Part shown: positions 1-11,689 of the stretch, piece after piece
Numbering within the stretch: the first letter of the stretch is position 1
How the letters are laid out: each line of letters starts with the position of its first letter
Assembly (NCBI GenBank): GCA_002269645.1
Contig: NIVC01000284.1
Location: 310,001 to 374,000, forward strand
Length of the DNA stretch: 64,000 nucleotides
Source of the DNA: Macrostomum lignano
Lineage: Eukaryota
Direction of reading: 5' to 3'
Position numbers and translations under genes: made by a program
Notes under the pieces: generated by a model
The model's input: the letters and a program-made list of their open reading frames with translations, nothing else
What the model was told of the DNA's origin: nothing
Database searches by the model: none

Positions 1-640
1 GACTTCACGAACCGTAGACTTCACAAACCCTATTCTTCACAAACCCTAGACTTCACGAACCCTATTCTTCACAAACCCTAGACTTCACGAACCCTAGACT
101 TCACAAACCCTATTCTTCACAAACCCTATTCTTCACAAACCCTAGACCTTACAAACCCAAGCCTTTACAAATCCTATTCTTCACAAACCCTAGACTTCAC
201 GAACCCTAGACTTTACAAACCCTAGACTTCACAAACCCTATTCTTCACAAACCCTATTCTTCACAAACCCTAGACTTCACGAACCGTAGACTTCACAAAC
301 CCTAGACTTCGCAAACCCTAGACTTTACAAACCCTAGACTTAACAAACCCTATTCTTCACAAACCCTAGACTTCACAAACCCTAGACTTTACAAACCCTA
401 GACTTAACAAACCCTATTCTTCACAAATCCTAGACTTCACAAACCCTAGACTTCACAAACCTTAGAGTTCACAAACCCTAGACTTCAAAAACCCTATCTA
501 TGACTTCAAAAAACCTAGACTTCACAAACTCTAAACTTCACAAACCATAAACTTCACAAACCACTAGATTCACAAACCCTAAAATTCACATACTCAAAAC
601 CACACAAACCTTAAACTTTACAAATATCTTACTTCATGAA
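1..640. repeat. 16-bp-unit minisatellite (GACTTCACAAACCCTA / TTCTTCACAAACCCTA), truncated by the window start and decaying at its right end
   Basis: Direct reading: units at 1-16, 17-32, 33-48, 49-64 and onward. Confidence 0.95.
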
Positions 641-1084
641 ACCTAGTCTCCATAACGTGTGAGAAAAAAAAGTTAAAAGCTGCTCGAAATTTTTATCTGT
701 TGCGTAATGCGAGTTTGAAACCATGAGCAATTTCATTAAATTGCAATGCATCTATCTAATTTTTATTTTTCGCTTCAAAAGAAGTAGTATTAGTTAAATG
801 TATATCTTCGATTTTTTGATCGGAGTGTTGTGTTTGTAGTTAATTGATGAATTTAATTCAGTCTAGTCAGACAGTGGAGACACTTCTGTCTCGGTCAATA
901 TATTTATAGTCAAAGCATGCACGATGTACATTACTCAATCGTTAGCTAACATTTGCACGTTAAACTAAACACTGATTGTGAAATCACTTATCAATAGATA
1001 TCAGAGCAAACTATTCAATGAGTCATCAAGCAAACTAAATCTCGTTGCATTGTCACAACACAAAGGAACGCTCGTATTAGGCTG

Positions 1085-2770
1085 TCAGTCCATGTCGATT
1101 TCAACAACAGATACGGATGATGCAGAAGTTTTGCCATCAGAATCTCGCTCCTTAGAAGACACCCGATCGACCCTTTTAGAATACCATAATAAAATAATGT
1201 CGTGAAGCAGCTCGAGCAGCTCGCACAGAGTCAGCAGCGACATGCCCAGATAAATTCCCATGATGCCGCCTACCTCTGAGACGAAACTTGAGAAGTCATA
1301 GTCAATAGAAAACGTGATCTTATTGCACATAACGCAACCTGGTTTAATGTGAACTTTAAGCAAGTTGTCGCGAACATAGGAGGCAACACTCGATGCGTTG
1401 CCAGTCATGAGAAAGTCGAGCGCAGGTACGCTGAGGTTCCTGGCCTTGGCTCTTGACCAGGCCTGCCTCACAGAGAAACTGATAAACGAATTCAGAGAGC
1501 TTTGAGTCGGCCAGTCGGCACTGGAGATGCTGGCACTGTAGTCCAGTGTGCTGCAAAGTCGTTTTCCTTTGCATGCAGTCCGAACATTGCCTGACACACT
1601 CTGGATCGCTGCTGAAAGGGATTCGTTTTTGACATCCATCGTCAAATAGTTTGTCGTAGCCGAACAATTATACAAATAGTTACGATTCCTTAGTTGCCAT
1701 GGTAGAGGGTTTATTGAGCCAGAGATATTGAAAGTCGATTGAAACTGCCGATGGTATTCAAAGTAGTAGCAGTAAGAATAACTGTACGCATGGCTGTACG
1801 CAGACAGGTCGTAAGGATTCGTAAAATGAACTTCGGACAGTTGGGGCAGACAGTCAAACTGGTTCTCTGTGAATAAATTTCTAACCATTTCAATTTCGAC
1901 GGTGTGATATTTCCCAGGACTCAGCGAGAAGGAGCTCACAAGTTCAGACGGATACTCGCCAGGTGGGCTTAGAAAAAGCTTCACTGCAGCCAATCTGTCC
2001 GGTTCTGCAAAGCCGTTCACTGACAGCAGCCAGTCGGACACTGGGATCTCTGTGCCGTCTGGGAAGCCGGTTTTCCACGAAGAAAGATGACTACGGCTAG
2101 GTTTTACAAAGGACGAGTTTGTGTCCAATAGCAGAGTAACAGTGAGTCCCGCCCAGTACTCGGACGCGGTCACTTTATCTTGCAGTGTACTGTTGATAGT
2201 CCACTTTAGGCAGCGAAGATACAGCGGATGGTTGAATGCCTTGGTTTCTACTGAAACATGAGTTGACAGTCCAGTTTCGTGTAGATACATTATGCTGCTT
2301 GAAATGACGCTTTGTTCGACTCTGTGAGCCAGCTTGTCGAATAGCAACTTGTATGGTAGACCTTGTAAAAACATTAAGCTGCTATTAGCGATTATTTGTT
2401 CCGTGTATTCGTCGCTGAAATTATGCTTATTCGCAAACTGCTTCAGCTGGGCCACGCATTGGCTAAAGCTATCATTGATTGCCACCACAGTGTCGCTGTC
2501 CATGAAACTGGAGTAGCTGCCCGACACTGGATTCTCAAAGCACATGTACACATCCGGGAACTGGAACTTCTCGCCTTCCCATTCGATTGAACTCGTCACT
2601 TTTCGGGACCTCAGCTTAGTGACAAACTTGCAGAAGCTCTCTAGAAACAAACCAAACATGAGCAGGAACAGAAGTAGCCAAGCCACTCTAACATAGATTG
2701 GCTTGCTTGAGAGAACTCTTGGCAGTCCGTGAGCAGTCGTTTGAGTTAGGGCGAGCTTAACCTGCTGCAT
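1085..2770 (-). CDS. DEG/ENaC family channel subunit, array copy 1 (561 aa, single-exon CDS)
   Basis: N-terminal TTAHGLPRV (HG motif), TM1 VAWLLLFLLMFGLFL, FPDVYMC, TM2 FVSEVGGIMGIYLGMSLLTLCELLE with a GxS filter. The ORF is uninterrupted. Confidence 0.93.
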   Translation of the reverse strand: MQQVKLALTQTTAHGLPRVLSSKPIYVRVAWLLLFLLMFGLFLESFCKFVTKLRSRKVTSSIEWEGEKFQFPDVYMCFENPVSGSYSSFMDSDTVVAINDSFSQCVAQLKQFANKHNFSDEYTEQIIANSSLMFLQGLPYKLLFDKLAHRVEQSVISSSIMYLHETGLSTHVSVETKAFNHPLYLRCLKWTINSTLQDKVTASEYWAGLTVTLLLDTNSSFVKPSRSHLSSWKTGFPDGTEIPVSDWLLSVNGFAEPDRLAAVKLFLSPPGEYPSELVSSFSLSPGKYHTVEIEMVRNLFTENQFDCLPQLSEVHFTNPYDLSAYSHAYSYSYCYYFEYHRQFQSTFNISGSINPLPWQLRNRNYLYNCSATTNYLTMDVKNESLSAAIQSVSGNVRTACKGKRLCSTLDYSASISSADWPTQSSLNSFISFSVRQAWSRAKARNLSVPALDFLMTGNASSVASYVRDNLLKVHIKPGCVMCNKITFSIDYDFSSFVSEVGGIMGIYLGMSLLTLCELLELLHDIILLWYSKRVDRVSSKERDSDGKTSASSVSVVEIDMD

Positions 2771-3868
2771 AATTTCGCAGACTCTGTTTCCACGAATTCG
2801 ATATATTATATTCTGTCTCGTTTTGATCCTTGGGTTTTCTCTTATAGGGTCAACAATGTTTGCTCTGCTTGTCTGCTTTGGTACTCTCGAGAATTTGATT
2901 AGCCTGCAGTCAGTGTCTCTATAGCCAAATATTAATTACATCCGCGAACAACGTCTAGTATATTTGTATAGTATTATCTAGACTAACAGATGCTGTGTGC
3001 TGACGTCTTAAGTTCCATCTATGAGTTTCATTTTGGTAAACCAATTTGTTTGATTGATATTATTGCTAGTTAGCTAACACAAGTTTCTGGAGCCCAAGTC
3101 ACATGGCAAATGTAATACTCATTTAGCCGAGTTGCTTTTACAAGCCCAAAATTTCGTTAATTTCGTTAACGGAAGAAACTAGCAAGACATTTGAACTAAG
3201 CGAAGTCTCTAGCTTATGAACGATTCTTCCTTTTGACCGGTGTGAAATTTCGAGCTTTTTAACTTCTGTTAAGACAGCTATTGTCTACTAGTAGAGAAGA
3301 AAAAAGAAAGCAAAAATAATAGGTAAGGAGTGTCAGTGTCTGCTTGCGTTCATTTTTATACAGTAATATATCCTTTTTTTAGTTTAATTAGTATGACATT
3401 TAATATTACTTACCGTATGTTAATTCGTTTTAAAAAAAGAGTATTTTGTTAAAACGCCCACAAACTTCAGAAAATTCCAGTGAGCTGATTTACAATGTAT
3501 TATTAACCAGCACATGCCACCGAAATCTTCCAGATCCTCACGCAATCTTTCAAATTTCACACAAGACTCGACAAACAACAAAACCACCGCATCGCACTAC
3601 TTTTTTTATTTATGCTACAACTGGTCTGGGATGAGAGTCCAACATGTCCGAATCGAAACCGCAACAACAGTCACTACTGTCGGTAGGCTCCGAGAATGCT
3701 GACATCAGCATCAGAATGCATACATTCTGAGTTACAAAAGAGGTCAATAGCAGGCCTCTTCCAGCTCATTTTACATCAAATTTTAGTCAAGGATTCGTAA
3801 ACAATAAACAAATTATTTATACAATACCAAGGCCACCCGTCATGGTAGCAAATATTAGGCAAAGACTG

Positions 3869-5506
3869 TCAAGTCGCTGTCTCAGGATCAGTTTCTTCCG
3901 AAGCCGACTTGACTTTATCGCTCTTTGAGTAACTCCAGGCAGCAAGGTCGAACAGCAGCTCTAGCAGTTCGCAAAGAGTCAGCAGCGACATGCCCAAATA
4001 GATCCCCATGATGCCGCCAACATCCGATACAAAGTTAGAAACACCGTAGTCAATGGAGAAAGTTATCTTGTCACTTCTAATGCTCTTAGGTTTAAAGTGC
4101 ACCTTCAACAGGTTTTCTCGAGCATATGCGGCCACATCGGATGCCTTCCCATTCATCAGAAAGTCAAGCGCAGGTACACTGAGGTTCCTGGAATTCGCTC
4201 GAGTCCAGGCCTGTCTCACTGAGCTGTTGATGAAGGAAGCAAGGGAGCTCTGAGTAGGCCAGTCAGCGCCAGAGATGCTGGTGCTGTAGTCCAGTGTGCT
4301 GCAAGGCTGTTTTGTCAAACAGGTTTGTCGAACCTTTTCTGTAATGGTTGCCTGATTGATCAACACAGACGGATCCAAATCCATGTAATTTGGTGAACTA
4401 GAAAAGTTGTATAGATACTTCCTACTTCTTAGAGGCCACGGAAGTGGACTTATTTCGCCAGACAGATTGAAGAACTGCTGGAAAAGCTTGTGGTACTCAT
4501 AGTAGTAGCAGTAGGAGTAGCTGTACGAGTGACTGTACTTTGAGAGATCGTACGGGTTGGCGAACTGAACTTCGTGCCGGCTTTTAACACAATCGAACTG
4601 ATTTTCGGCGAGTACGTTCCGAATCTGTTCTATCTTGATCAAGTGGAATTTTCCTGGACTTAAAACGAATGAGTTCACAAAATCCGACGGGTACTCTCCA
4701 GCTGGACTCAAAAACACCCTCAGCCCTGCCACTCTGTCAGCTTCTGAGTAACCTTTCTCTGACATAGTCCAGTCAGAGACTGGTACGCCTGTGCCGTCTT
4801 GTCGAAAAGCCTTCAGCGGAATCGGGTATCCTCCTGACTTTACGAAGGACGAGTTGTTATCTAGAAGCAAAGTGACCGTGAGTCCGGCCCACGACTCGTC
4901 TGAGATAATTTTCTCCTGCCAGGTGCTGTTGATGGCCCACTGCAGACAGCGAAGGTACTGCGGATGGTTGAACTCATTGGCTTCCAATTCAGCTCGTCTC
5001 AGCTCTCCGTTGGCGCTGATGAAGCTGACACTGCTAGATATGACGCTCTGCTCGACTCGGTGAGTCAGACTGTCGAATAGCAGTTTGTAGGGCAGACTAA
5101 ACACGTAGGCGAAACTGTTTTGCATGACAAGCGCTTGCAGCTGCTTCTGAGTAAATCCGTGTTTAACTTTAATGTTCCTTAGCTCTTCATCTAGACTATT
5201 GAAGCTGTCATTGATGGCTCTGGCGGTGCTGCCACCAATGTTACCGGAATAGCTTCCAGACACAGGATTCTCAAAGCAAGCGTACACATCCGGGAGCTGG
5301 AACTTCTCGCTCCGCGATTCAATAGAAGACGTCACCAACTGAGATTTAAGCTTGTTGACAAAGTCGAAGAAGCTCTTTAGGAAGAGGCTAAACATGAGCA
5401 GAAAGAGTAACAGCCAGGCTATTCTCACGTAGATGGGCTTGTTTGAGACCACTCTAGGCAGTCCGTGAGATGTGGACTGAGTGAGCGCTAGCTGCAACTT
5501 CTGCAT
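3869..5506 (-). CDS. DEG/ENaC family channel subunit, copy 2 (likely start MQKLQLAL at 5506)
   Basis: STSHGLPRV, TM1, LPDVYACFENP, SDVGGIMGIYLGMSLLTLCE. The start was chosen by alignment to the paralogs; the ORF track extends to 5539. Confidence 0.93.
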   Translation of the reverse strand: MQKLQLALTQSTSHGLPRVVSNKPIYVRIAWLLLFLLMFSLFLKSFFDFVNKLKSQLVTSSIESRSEKFQLPDVYACFENPVSGSYSGNIGGSTARAINDSFNSLDEELRNIKVKHGFTQKQLQALVMQNSFAYVFSLPYKLLFDSLTHRVEQSVISSSVSFISANGELRRAELEANEFNHPQYLRCLQWAINSTWQEKIISDESWAGLTVTLLLDNNSSFVKSGGYPIPLKAFRQDGTGVPVSDWTMSEKGYSEADRVAGLRVFLSPAGEYPSDFVNSFVLSPGKFHLIKIEQIRNVLAENQFDCVKSRHEVQFANPYDLSKYSHSYSYSYCYYYEYHKLFQQFFNLSGEISPLPWPLRSRKYLYNFSSSPNYMDLDPSVLINQATITEKVRQTCLTKQPCSTLDYSTSISGADWPTQSSLASFINSSVRQAWTRANSRNLSVPALDFLMNGKASDVAAYARENLLKVHFKPKSIRSDKITFSIDYGVSNFVSDVGGIMGIYLGMSLLTLCELLELLFDLAAWSYSKSDKVKSASEETDPETAT

Positions 5507-6121
5507 GCTGTGGCCTCTCCAAGGCTGTTCGTGAAACACAAGCTGGTTTAACTTTAGCTTCTCTAACGGTTTTTGGTCTATTTAATAATCCCATTTACGT
5601 TTGCTTTGTGATGCAAATATCAGAATTTGCTGACTCATTTACCTATCTTCTGTTTGCATAAGCCGAGCAAACAGCTATCTGCACTGAGGTGTCATAGCAA
5701 AGTTTTAGCGAATTTTAAACTGCTAGCGCAATGTTGGCAAAGCAAATGGACTTTGATTCTCAAATCTATGTCAACATGAGCTGCTAATTTTTGCAATACG
5801 CTTTTATATACACTTCTACTTAATACACAGTAGGCAGATGATTGACAGGTAAGCTAAAGTGAAACTAACTAGAGACTATAGTGTATAAAACGTTAAATAT
5901 GCGACACCTTGAATCGCTTCAAATTCTTTAAAATAGAATTTCTATTGATTTTTTTGTTTTTAAAATTACATTACTAAAGTTCTTATCAGTATAAAATACA
6001 AGCCTAAATTTTACGCGGTTACAATCAAAACAACGTACGAGAGTATATAACGGACACTAATTCTCTGACACATAGATAGCTTTTTTGTTTAAACGTTCTG
6101 CTATAATTTCCTAATAAAAAT

Positions 6122-7804
6122 TCACTGAGGAGAAATTTTACAATTAGGCGATTGTACATGTACATTACACACTTCGACGTTACTAGTACTTCCATGAGAT
6201 GTGTCTGCATCGCGCCGTCGGCAAAACCGGGCAACAAAGTCGTGCAGCAGCTCCAGCAGCTCGCATAATGTCAATAGTGACATGCCCAAGTAGATACCCA
6301 TGACGCCGCCTACTTCAGAAACAAAATTCGAGAATCCATAGTCGATAGAAAAAACGATCCTGTCGCCACTGACGCTTTTTGCTTTGAAGTGCACCTTCAG
6401 CAAATTGTTGCGAACATACGACGCCACACTGGACGCATTTCCGGTCATGAGGAAGTCGAGCGCTGGTACGCTAAGGTTCCTGGATTTGGCTCTAGTCCAA
6501 GTCCGCCTTACTGAGCTGTTGATGAAGGAAAAGAGGGAGTTCTGGGTCGGCCAGTTGGTACTGGAGATGCTGGCAGCATAGTCCAGTGTGCTGCAGGGCC
6601 GCTTCTGTTTGCAAGCTTGTTGGATCTTTTCCGTTAGTTTTGTCTGTTCAAGCCATACTGAGCTGTCGTGGTCAACGCTGGCAAAGTGCGGTCGGGCAGA
6701 GATATTGTACAGATACTTCCGACTTCTCAGGGGCCATGGCAGCGGACCAATATGCCCGGACAGATTAAAAAGCTGCTGGGTCAAGCGGTGGTAAGCCTCG
6801 TAGAAGCAGTAGGAATAGCTGTAGGCATGGCTGATCGGTGACATATCGTACGGATCGACATACTGGACTTCTGGATGGCCGCTTCCAACACAGTCGAACT
6901 GATTTTCAGTTAGGCAATGCCGGTTCATGCCAATTTCAACTGTATAATATTTACCCGGACCGAGAGAGAACGAGTGCACGAAGTCCGATGGATACTCGCC
7001 AGGCGGAGTCAGGAACACCTTCAGTCCGGCAAGTCTGTCCGACTCTCTGTAGCCGCTAATTGAGAAGGTCCAATCGGACATCGGGACTTCAGTGCCATCT
7101 GGAATGAATGTCCGCTTCTTTATTGGAGAGCCATTCTGCTCGAAGAATGACGAGTCAGTGTCCAAAAGCAAGGTGACGGTGAGTCCAGCCCACGACTCGG
7201 TCGTGGTCATTTTCTCTTGCCAGGTGCTGTTGATTGTCCACTGTAGACATCGAAGGTACTGCGGATGGTTAAAAGCTCTTGTGTCAATCTGAGCATAAGT
7301 TGGCTCACCAACGTCGTTAATATAGATGATGCTGCTCGATATGACGCTCTGTTCGACTCTATGAGCCAGACTGTCGAATAAAATCGTGTAGGGCAGACCG
7401 AACACATATAAGAAGCTGCTTTCTACTTTTAGCTCTTGAAGCTTCTTTTCAGTATAGTTATGCCTGATCGCAAAACTTCTAATTTCTTCGTCCACAACGC
7501 TGAAGGTAGCATTAATTGTTGCCGCGGTGCTGTTGTCAATGACGCTGGAGTAGCTCCCGATATCGGTTTTCAAAGCAATGCACACATCCGGGAAACGGAT
7601 AGTCTCAACGCCCGATTCTATTGAGGTTGTCACCTTCTGCGACTGTAGCTTTTGAACGAATTCAAAGAAGCTCTTGAGAAACAGGCTGAGCATGAGCAGA
7701 TACAGCAGGAGCCAGGCTATCCGCACATACACAGGCTTGTTCGACACGACTCTTGGCAGTCCGTGCGAAGTCGTAGAGCTCACAGCTATTCTCACTTGCT
7801 GCAT
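6122..7804 (-). CDS. DEG/ENaC family channel subunit, copy 3 (560 aa as assembled; a short segment near 7556-7578 is locally out of frame)
   Basis: TTSHGLPRV, TM1, SEVGGVMGIYLGMSLLTLCE. FPDVCIALKTDIGSY is the paralog motif CFENPISGSY with three 1-nt losses. Confidence 0.92.
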   Translation of the reverse strand: MQQVRIAVSSTTSHGLPRVVSNKPVYVRIAWLLLYLLMLSLFLKSFFEFVQKLQSQKVTTSIESGVETIRFPDVCIALKTDIGSYSSVIDNSTAATINATFSVVDEEIRSFAIRHNYTEKKLQELKVESSFLYVFGLPYTILFDSLAHRVEQSVISSSIIYINDVGEPTYAQIDTRAFNHPQYLRCLQWTINSTWQEKMTTTESWAGLTVTLLLDTDSSFFEQNGSPIKKRTFIPDGTEVPMSDWTFSISGYRESDRLAGLKVFLTPPGEYPSDFVHSFSLGPGKYYTVEIGMNRHCLTENQFDCVGSGHPEVQYVDPYDMSPISHAYSYSYCFYEAYHRLTQQLFNLSGHIGPLPWPLRSRKYLYNISARPHFASVDHDSSVWLEQTKLTEKIQQACKQKRPCSTLDYAASISSTNWPTQNSLFSFINSSVRRTWTRAKSRNLSVPALDFLMTGNASSVASYVRNNLLKVHFKAKSVSGDRIVFSIDYGFSNFVSEVGGVMGIYLGMSLLTLCELLELLHDFVARFCRRRDADTSHGSTSNVEVCNVHVQSPNCKISPQ

Positions 7805-8633
7805 ATTTCTCTTGGCGCAGTGTATTTAATACTTTGATTCTAGGAGAGAAACTGATGATGTGTCAATGAGTTGTACTAATACTGCGCACACCAACGGTTC
7901 TCGTTTTGAGCCAGTGCTTAAATTAATCGGAATTAGCATGAACAGAAACTTATCAATGTTAAATTCACATACGAGGGCCTTGAGTGCTTTGCAATCAATT
8001 CTTGTAAGCGTATATTTACTGAATAAATAATGGCTTTGATTTATACGTCAAACATTTCCTTTTCCCTGGTCTGCCTTTCTGATAATAGCTCATTTTTTAT
8101 TGCCAATAATCGAATTTATTGCCGATAGAAGCGGCCTCGGCAATAGATTTGATAGATTGGCAGTTGATAGAATATGTTTGCCAAACTCATTGCATTAACT
8201 TCATCTTTTCCTGTACAGCTTTAGCAGTATTATTAAATCTTTCGACATTTGTGATCAGTAAGTCAGGATAGAAAGTAAATTTCACTGGCTCGCATCACAT
8301 CAGGTCTGATACACACGATTTTTGCTACAATTACGCTTTTGTTGGGAAAAACCTTTGTTTGGATAATATATATACGTAAATAGAAAACAGTACATTTTTC
8401 GTCAGACAATTCTCGAATACGAAGTCTCGTCAGAGAAGTTAGGGTAGCATCGATAAACAATAAAAAACCACTTAATGCTTTATTAAAGGCCTTGTCAATG
8501 ATAAACATTGCAAAGTTAAAGGCTATAAAAAAAGTATAAAGGATGCAGCGCTGCATGCGCTCATTACGGCATTAATGAGTCGTATAATAAGTTTAAAAAG
8601 CTGATTCAAACTTGAATTTCAGCTGCAAAAAAC

Positions 8634-10293
8634 TCAGCTTATTTCTAGAACAGATGTGGCTTTCGAGGAGGCGACATGACTCCCAACTGCATTCGCGGAA
8701 TGTCTACTCTTTGAAGTGCACCAAGCAAGAGTGTCATACAGCAGCTCAAGCAGTTCGCAAAGAGTTAGTAGTGACATGCCCAGGTAAATTCCCATGACGC
8801 CTCCGATATCCGATACAAAGTTTTCCAAGCCGTATTCCCTTGAGAACACCACTTTATTGCAGAGTACAGCAAGCGGCTTAAAGTGCACTTTCAAAACATT
8901 CTCTTGAATAAACGAAGCGACACTGGATGCGTTTCCTGTCATCAGAAAGTCTAGCGCAGGTACACTGAGGTTCCTGGCCTTGGCTTGAGTCCAGGTCTGC
9001 TTCACCGAGCTGTTGATGAAGGAAGCAAGCGAGCTTTGAGTTGGCCATTTGCACTGGTGATGCTCGCCTTGTACTGCTGGCTGGTGCACGGACGTTGCAG
9101 CTGACAGTATTTATCGATATTGTCAAGCAGTTCAGTAAAAAAGTCGGGCTTCACCTCAGCCGCGGACGTGTCTGCCAGGCTGGGCTCGCCGGTAAAATTG
9201 AATGCATGGTTCTTCCCTCTCAAAGGCCACGGCAGAGGACCGATCCCTCCGGACATGTTAAGCGTTTCTTGAAGACCTTTGTTATACAACGCGTAGTAGC
9301 AGTAGAAATAGCTGTAGGTGTGATTATACGGAGTGTCATCATACGGATTCACAAACTGCACTGCGGGACTGTCACCGCGACACGAGAACTGGCCAGCTCT
9401 GTACTCCTGCTGCAGCATCTCGATTTCGACTGTGTGGTGCTTTCCCGGACCCAGGACGAACGAGCTCACGAACTCGGACGGGTATTCGCCTTGCGGTGCG
9501 AGGAATACTCGAATTCCGGCGCTCCTGTCTGGCTCAAAGATGTCACGCATTGATAGAGACCACTCCCAGACTGAGAGCAAGCTGTAGTTTGAGTACACCA
9601 TGCGTGAATTGGCGCGCCATTGGATTCGATCTCCGATGCGCTCGAGTCGATGAGCAGCGTTGCAGTGATGCCGGCCCACGAGCCGGACTTCAACACGGTT
9701 TTCTGCCAGTCTTTGTCCAGGGTCCACTTCGAGCACCGAAGGTACGTGGGATGAAAGAAGCTGGTCGCTTCAATATGTTTGTACTGGGGAGTGCTGCGTT
9801 TTCCTCTATACAGGACGCCACTTGAGATGACAGATTGCTCGGCCCTGTGGGCCAGCGCGTCGACCAAAAGCGAGTAGGGAAGCGAATGCACGTAAACGAA
9901 TGTAACCGGCCGAATGTTTTCGTCCCTACCAGACTGATTTCTAGTTGTAAAAAATTGTCGAATTTTCCTTGTTGTATTACTTAATAGAGAGTTGATCTCC
10001 AGTGCTATCTTCTTGTCTACATTTACCGCGTAGCTGGCCGACACGGGAGTTTCATGGCAGGCGTAAATATCCGGAAACTGGAAGGTGACGGAGTTCGCCT
10101 CAATCGAGCTGGTTTGCGGATTCGCGATGAGTTTCTCAGTGAATCGAACTAGGCTGTTTAAAAACAAGACAAGCATGAAGGAGAACAGAGCCAACCAGAT
10201 CAGCCTGACAAACAGTGGTTTCTCGCTGCTGACGGTTCTCGGCAGTCCATGAGCGCTGCTGGACTCCAGCGCTGATCGAAACAGCTGCTTCAT
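8634..10293 (-). CDS. DEG/ENaC family channel subunit, copy 4; split in this sequence by two 1-nt deletions (about 9604/9605 and about 9048-9050)
   Basis: ORFs 9466-10293, 9002-9736 and 8634-9089 each carry consecutive parts of the paralog protein. Restoring one base at each junction gives a full-length, stop-free channel. Confidence 0.85.
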
Positions 10294-11276
10294 GCTGCTC
10301 AGTTGAGGTTTTTGCTAGGAACAAATCTACTTAACTGCTTGCTCTACAGATAGGTTATACTTTTTAGCCCCGGTTTTCTGGCTGATTGCAAACAATCTAT
10401 TTGCGAAAAGTTCAGTTGAAAGGATTTATTTGTTGAGCTAATGTAATGCTAATTAATGACCAGCTCAGTTAATAGCATAAAATACTCATCAAATCTACCG
10501 TATTGTTTGCCAAATAACAAGCAAAAGCGTGTGTCAGTGCAGCTAATTGATTTCCATTATTGTAGAAATAAAACACCTGTGTGTCACTGATAAACCTATT
10601 TTGCAGACTGGTCAGCTTCATCTTCTATTGCTCTGTCGTATCATTCGCTCTCAGCAGTATTTAAAAGTGGCCATGAAGAGATCGCTTTAGCACACCGGAG
10701 AGTGAGAAGAGAGAGAGAGAGCGAATTATGTAAGAATGTCTAAACGCACGAACTCCCACTTTCAGACCGCAAGTCTGAGAACAAAATTTTGTAATCACTT
10801 ACTTCTAGTATCGCGTGCTCCTCTTCCTGTTGTTCCAGTTTTTCTGCGCGCGGTGTTCTCTTCTTCAATTCTGACAGTTGCCGTATACAAGACCGATGTT
10901 AGTTTACGAAACAGTTCAACTCGTCGGCGTTAGCGTTATTCCTTGAGTTCAGTAAGCGAAATTAGAGATGTGGCCTAATAATACAAGAAAAAACAGAAAG
11001 GACGTCTTCTTTTAGAAATAACGGAATTGAATTTGAGTTCACCAATTTTCAACTCTAGAGTAAAGAAATCAATCGTTAATCAAAAATTTATAAATCCTCT
11101 TAGGGTATCGAAATCGTTTCAAGGATAGTGTTTGTACTTCGAGTGTTTTATTACTCACTCACAGTAGCATTTTATGAATGAATCAACCTCTACCTCAGAT
11201 TATTGACTTCGACGCCATTGTTAACGCGCTGACATCCACCCGCTACCAGACGATCTGACGCTGCCGACGGAGACAC

Positions 11277-11660
11277 ATCGTTGCTATTCCAAAGAAGCGG
11301 GGCACCACATTACTAGAAGAGGACCGAGGCATCTGCCTTCAATCTTCCGCTGCGAATTTGTTTGATCGGGTGCTGTTATCGCAGTTGCAGTCGGTGCTGG
11401 ATTCGAACCTGCGCTCTGAGCAGAACGTCTTCTGGCCCCATTGCGGCACAGTGACGCAGATCCTAGCTCTTCGCCGAGTCATCGATGAGATGCGGATACG
11501 CCAGTCGATCCTGATTGTCTCTTCATAGATTTCGAGGAGACATTCGTAAAGTAATTCGTAATTCGTAATTCGTAAAGGCTCGGTCGTAAAGTCCATGCTA
11601 TTAAAGATACTCCGTGCCCTACGGCGTCTCAGATCAGCTTGTCTCCGGTAATCATGGCTA
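11277..11660 (+). mobile_element. Degenerate non-LTR retrotransposon (LINE, RTE-like) reverse-transcriptase fragment
   Basis: The plus strand translates as IVAIPKKRG...RGICLQSSAANLFDRVLL...LRSEQNVF...TVTQILALRRVIDE...FIDFEETF...MLLKILRA/YGVSDQLV. This matches the LINE RT pattern IVPIPKKG-YRGISL-EQxGFR-QIxxLR-FIDFxKAF-LxxYGV, with frameshifts. Confidence 0.78.
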
Positions 11661-11689
11661 CGTATGTACCTTTAACCATGAATGCGATA

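Noticed and set aside
1-640. Telomere-like AAACCCT motif
   Set aside because: The motif is embedded in a 16-bp unit and is not a pure telomeric repeat tract.
9041-9825. Plus-strand ORFs overlapping the channel genes (also 15794-16162, 13590-13895 and others)
   Set aside because: Antisense shadows of GC-balanced coding sequence, with no recognisable motifs.
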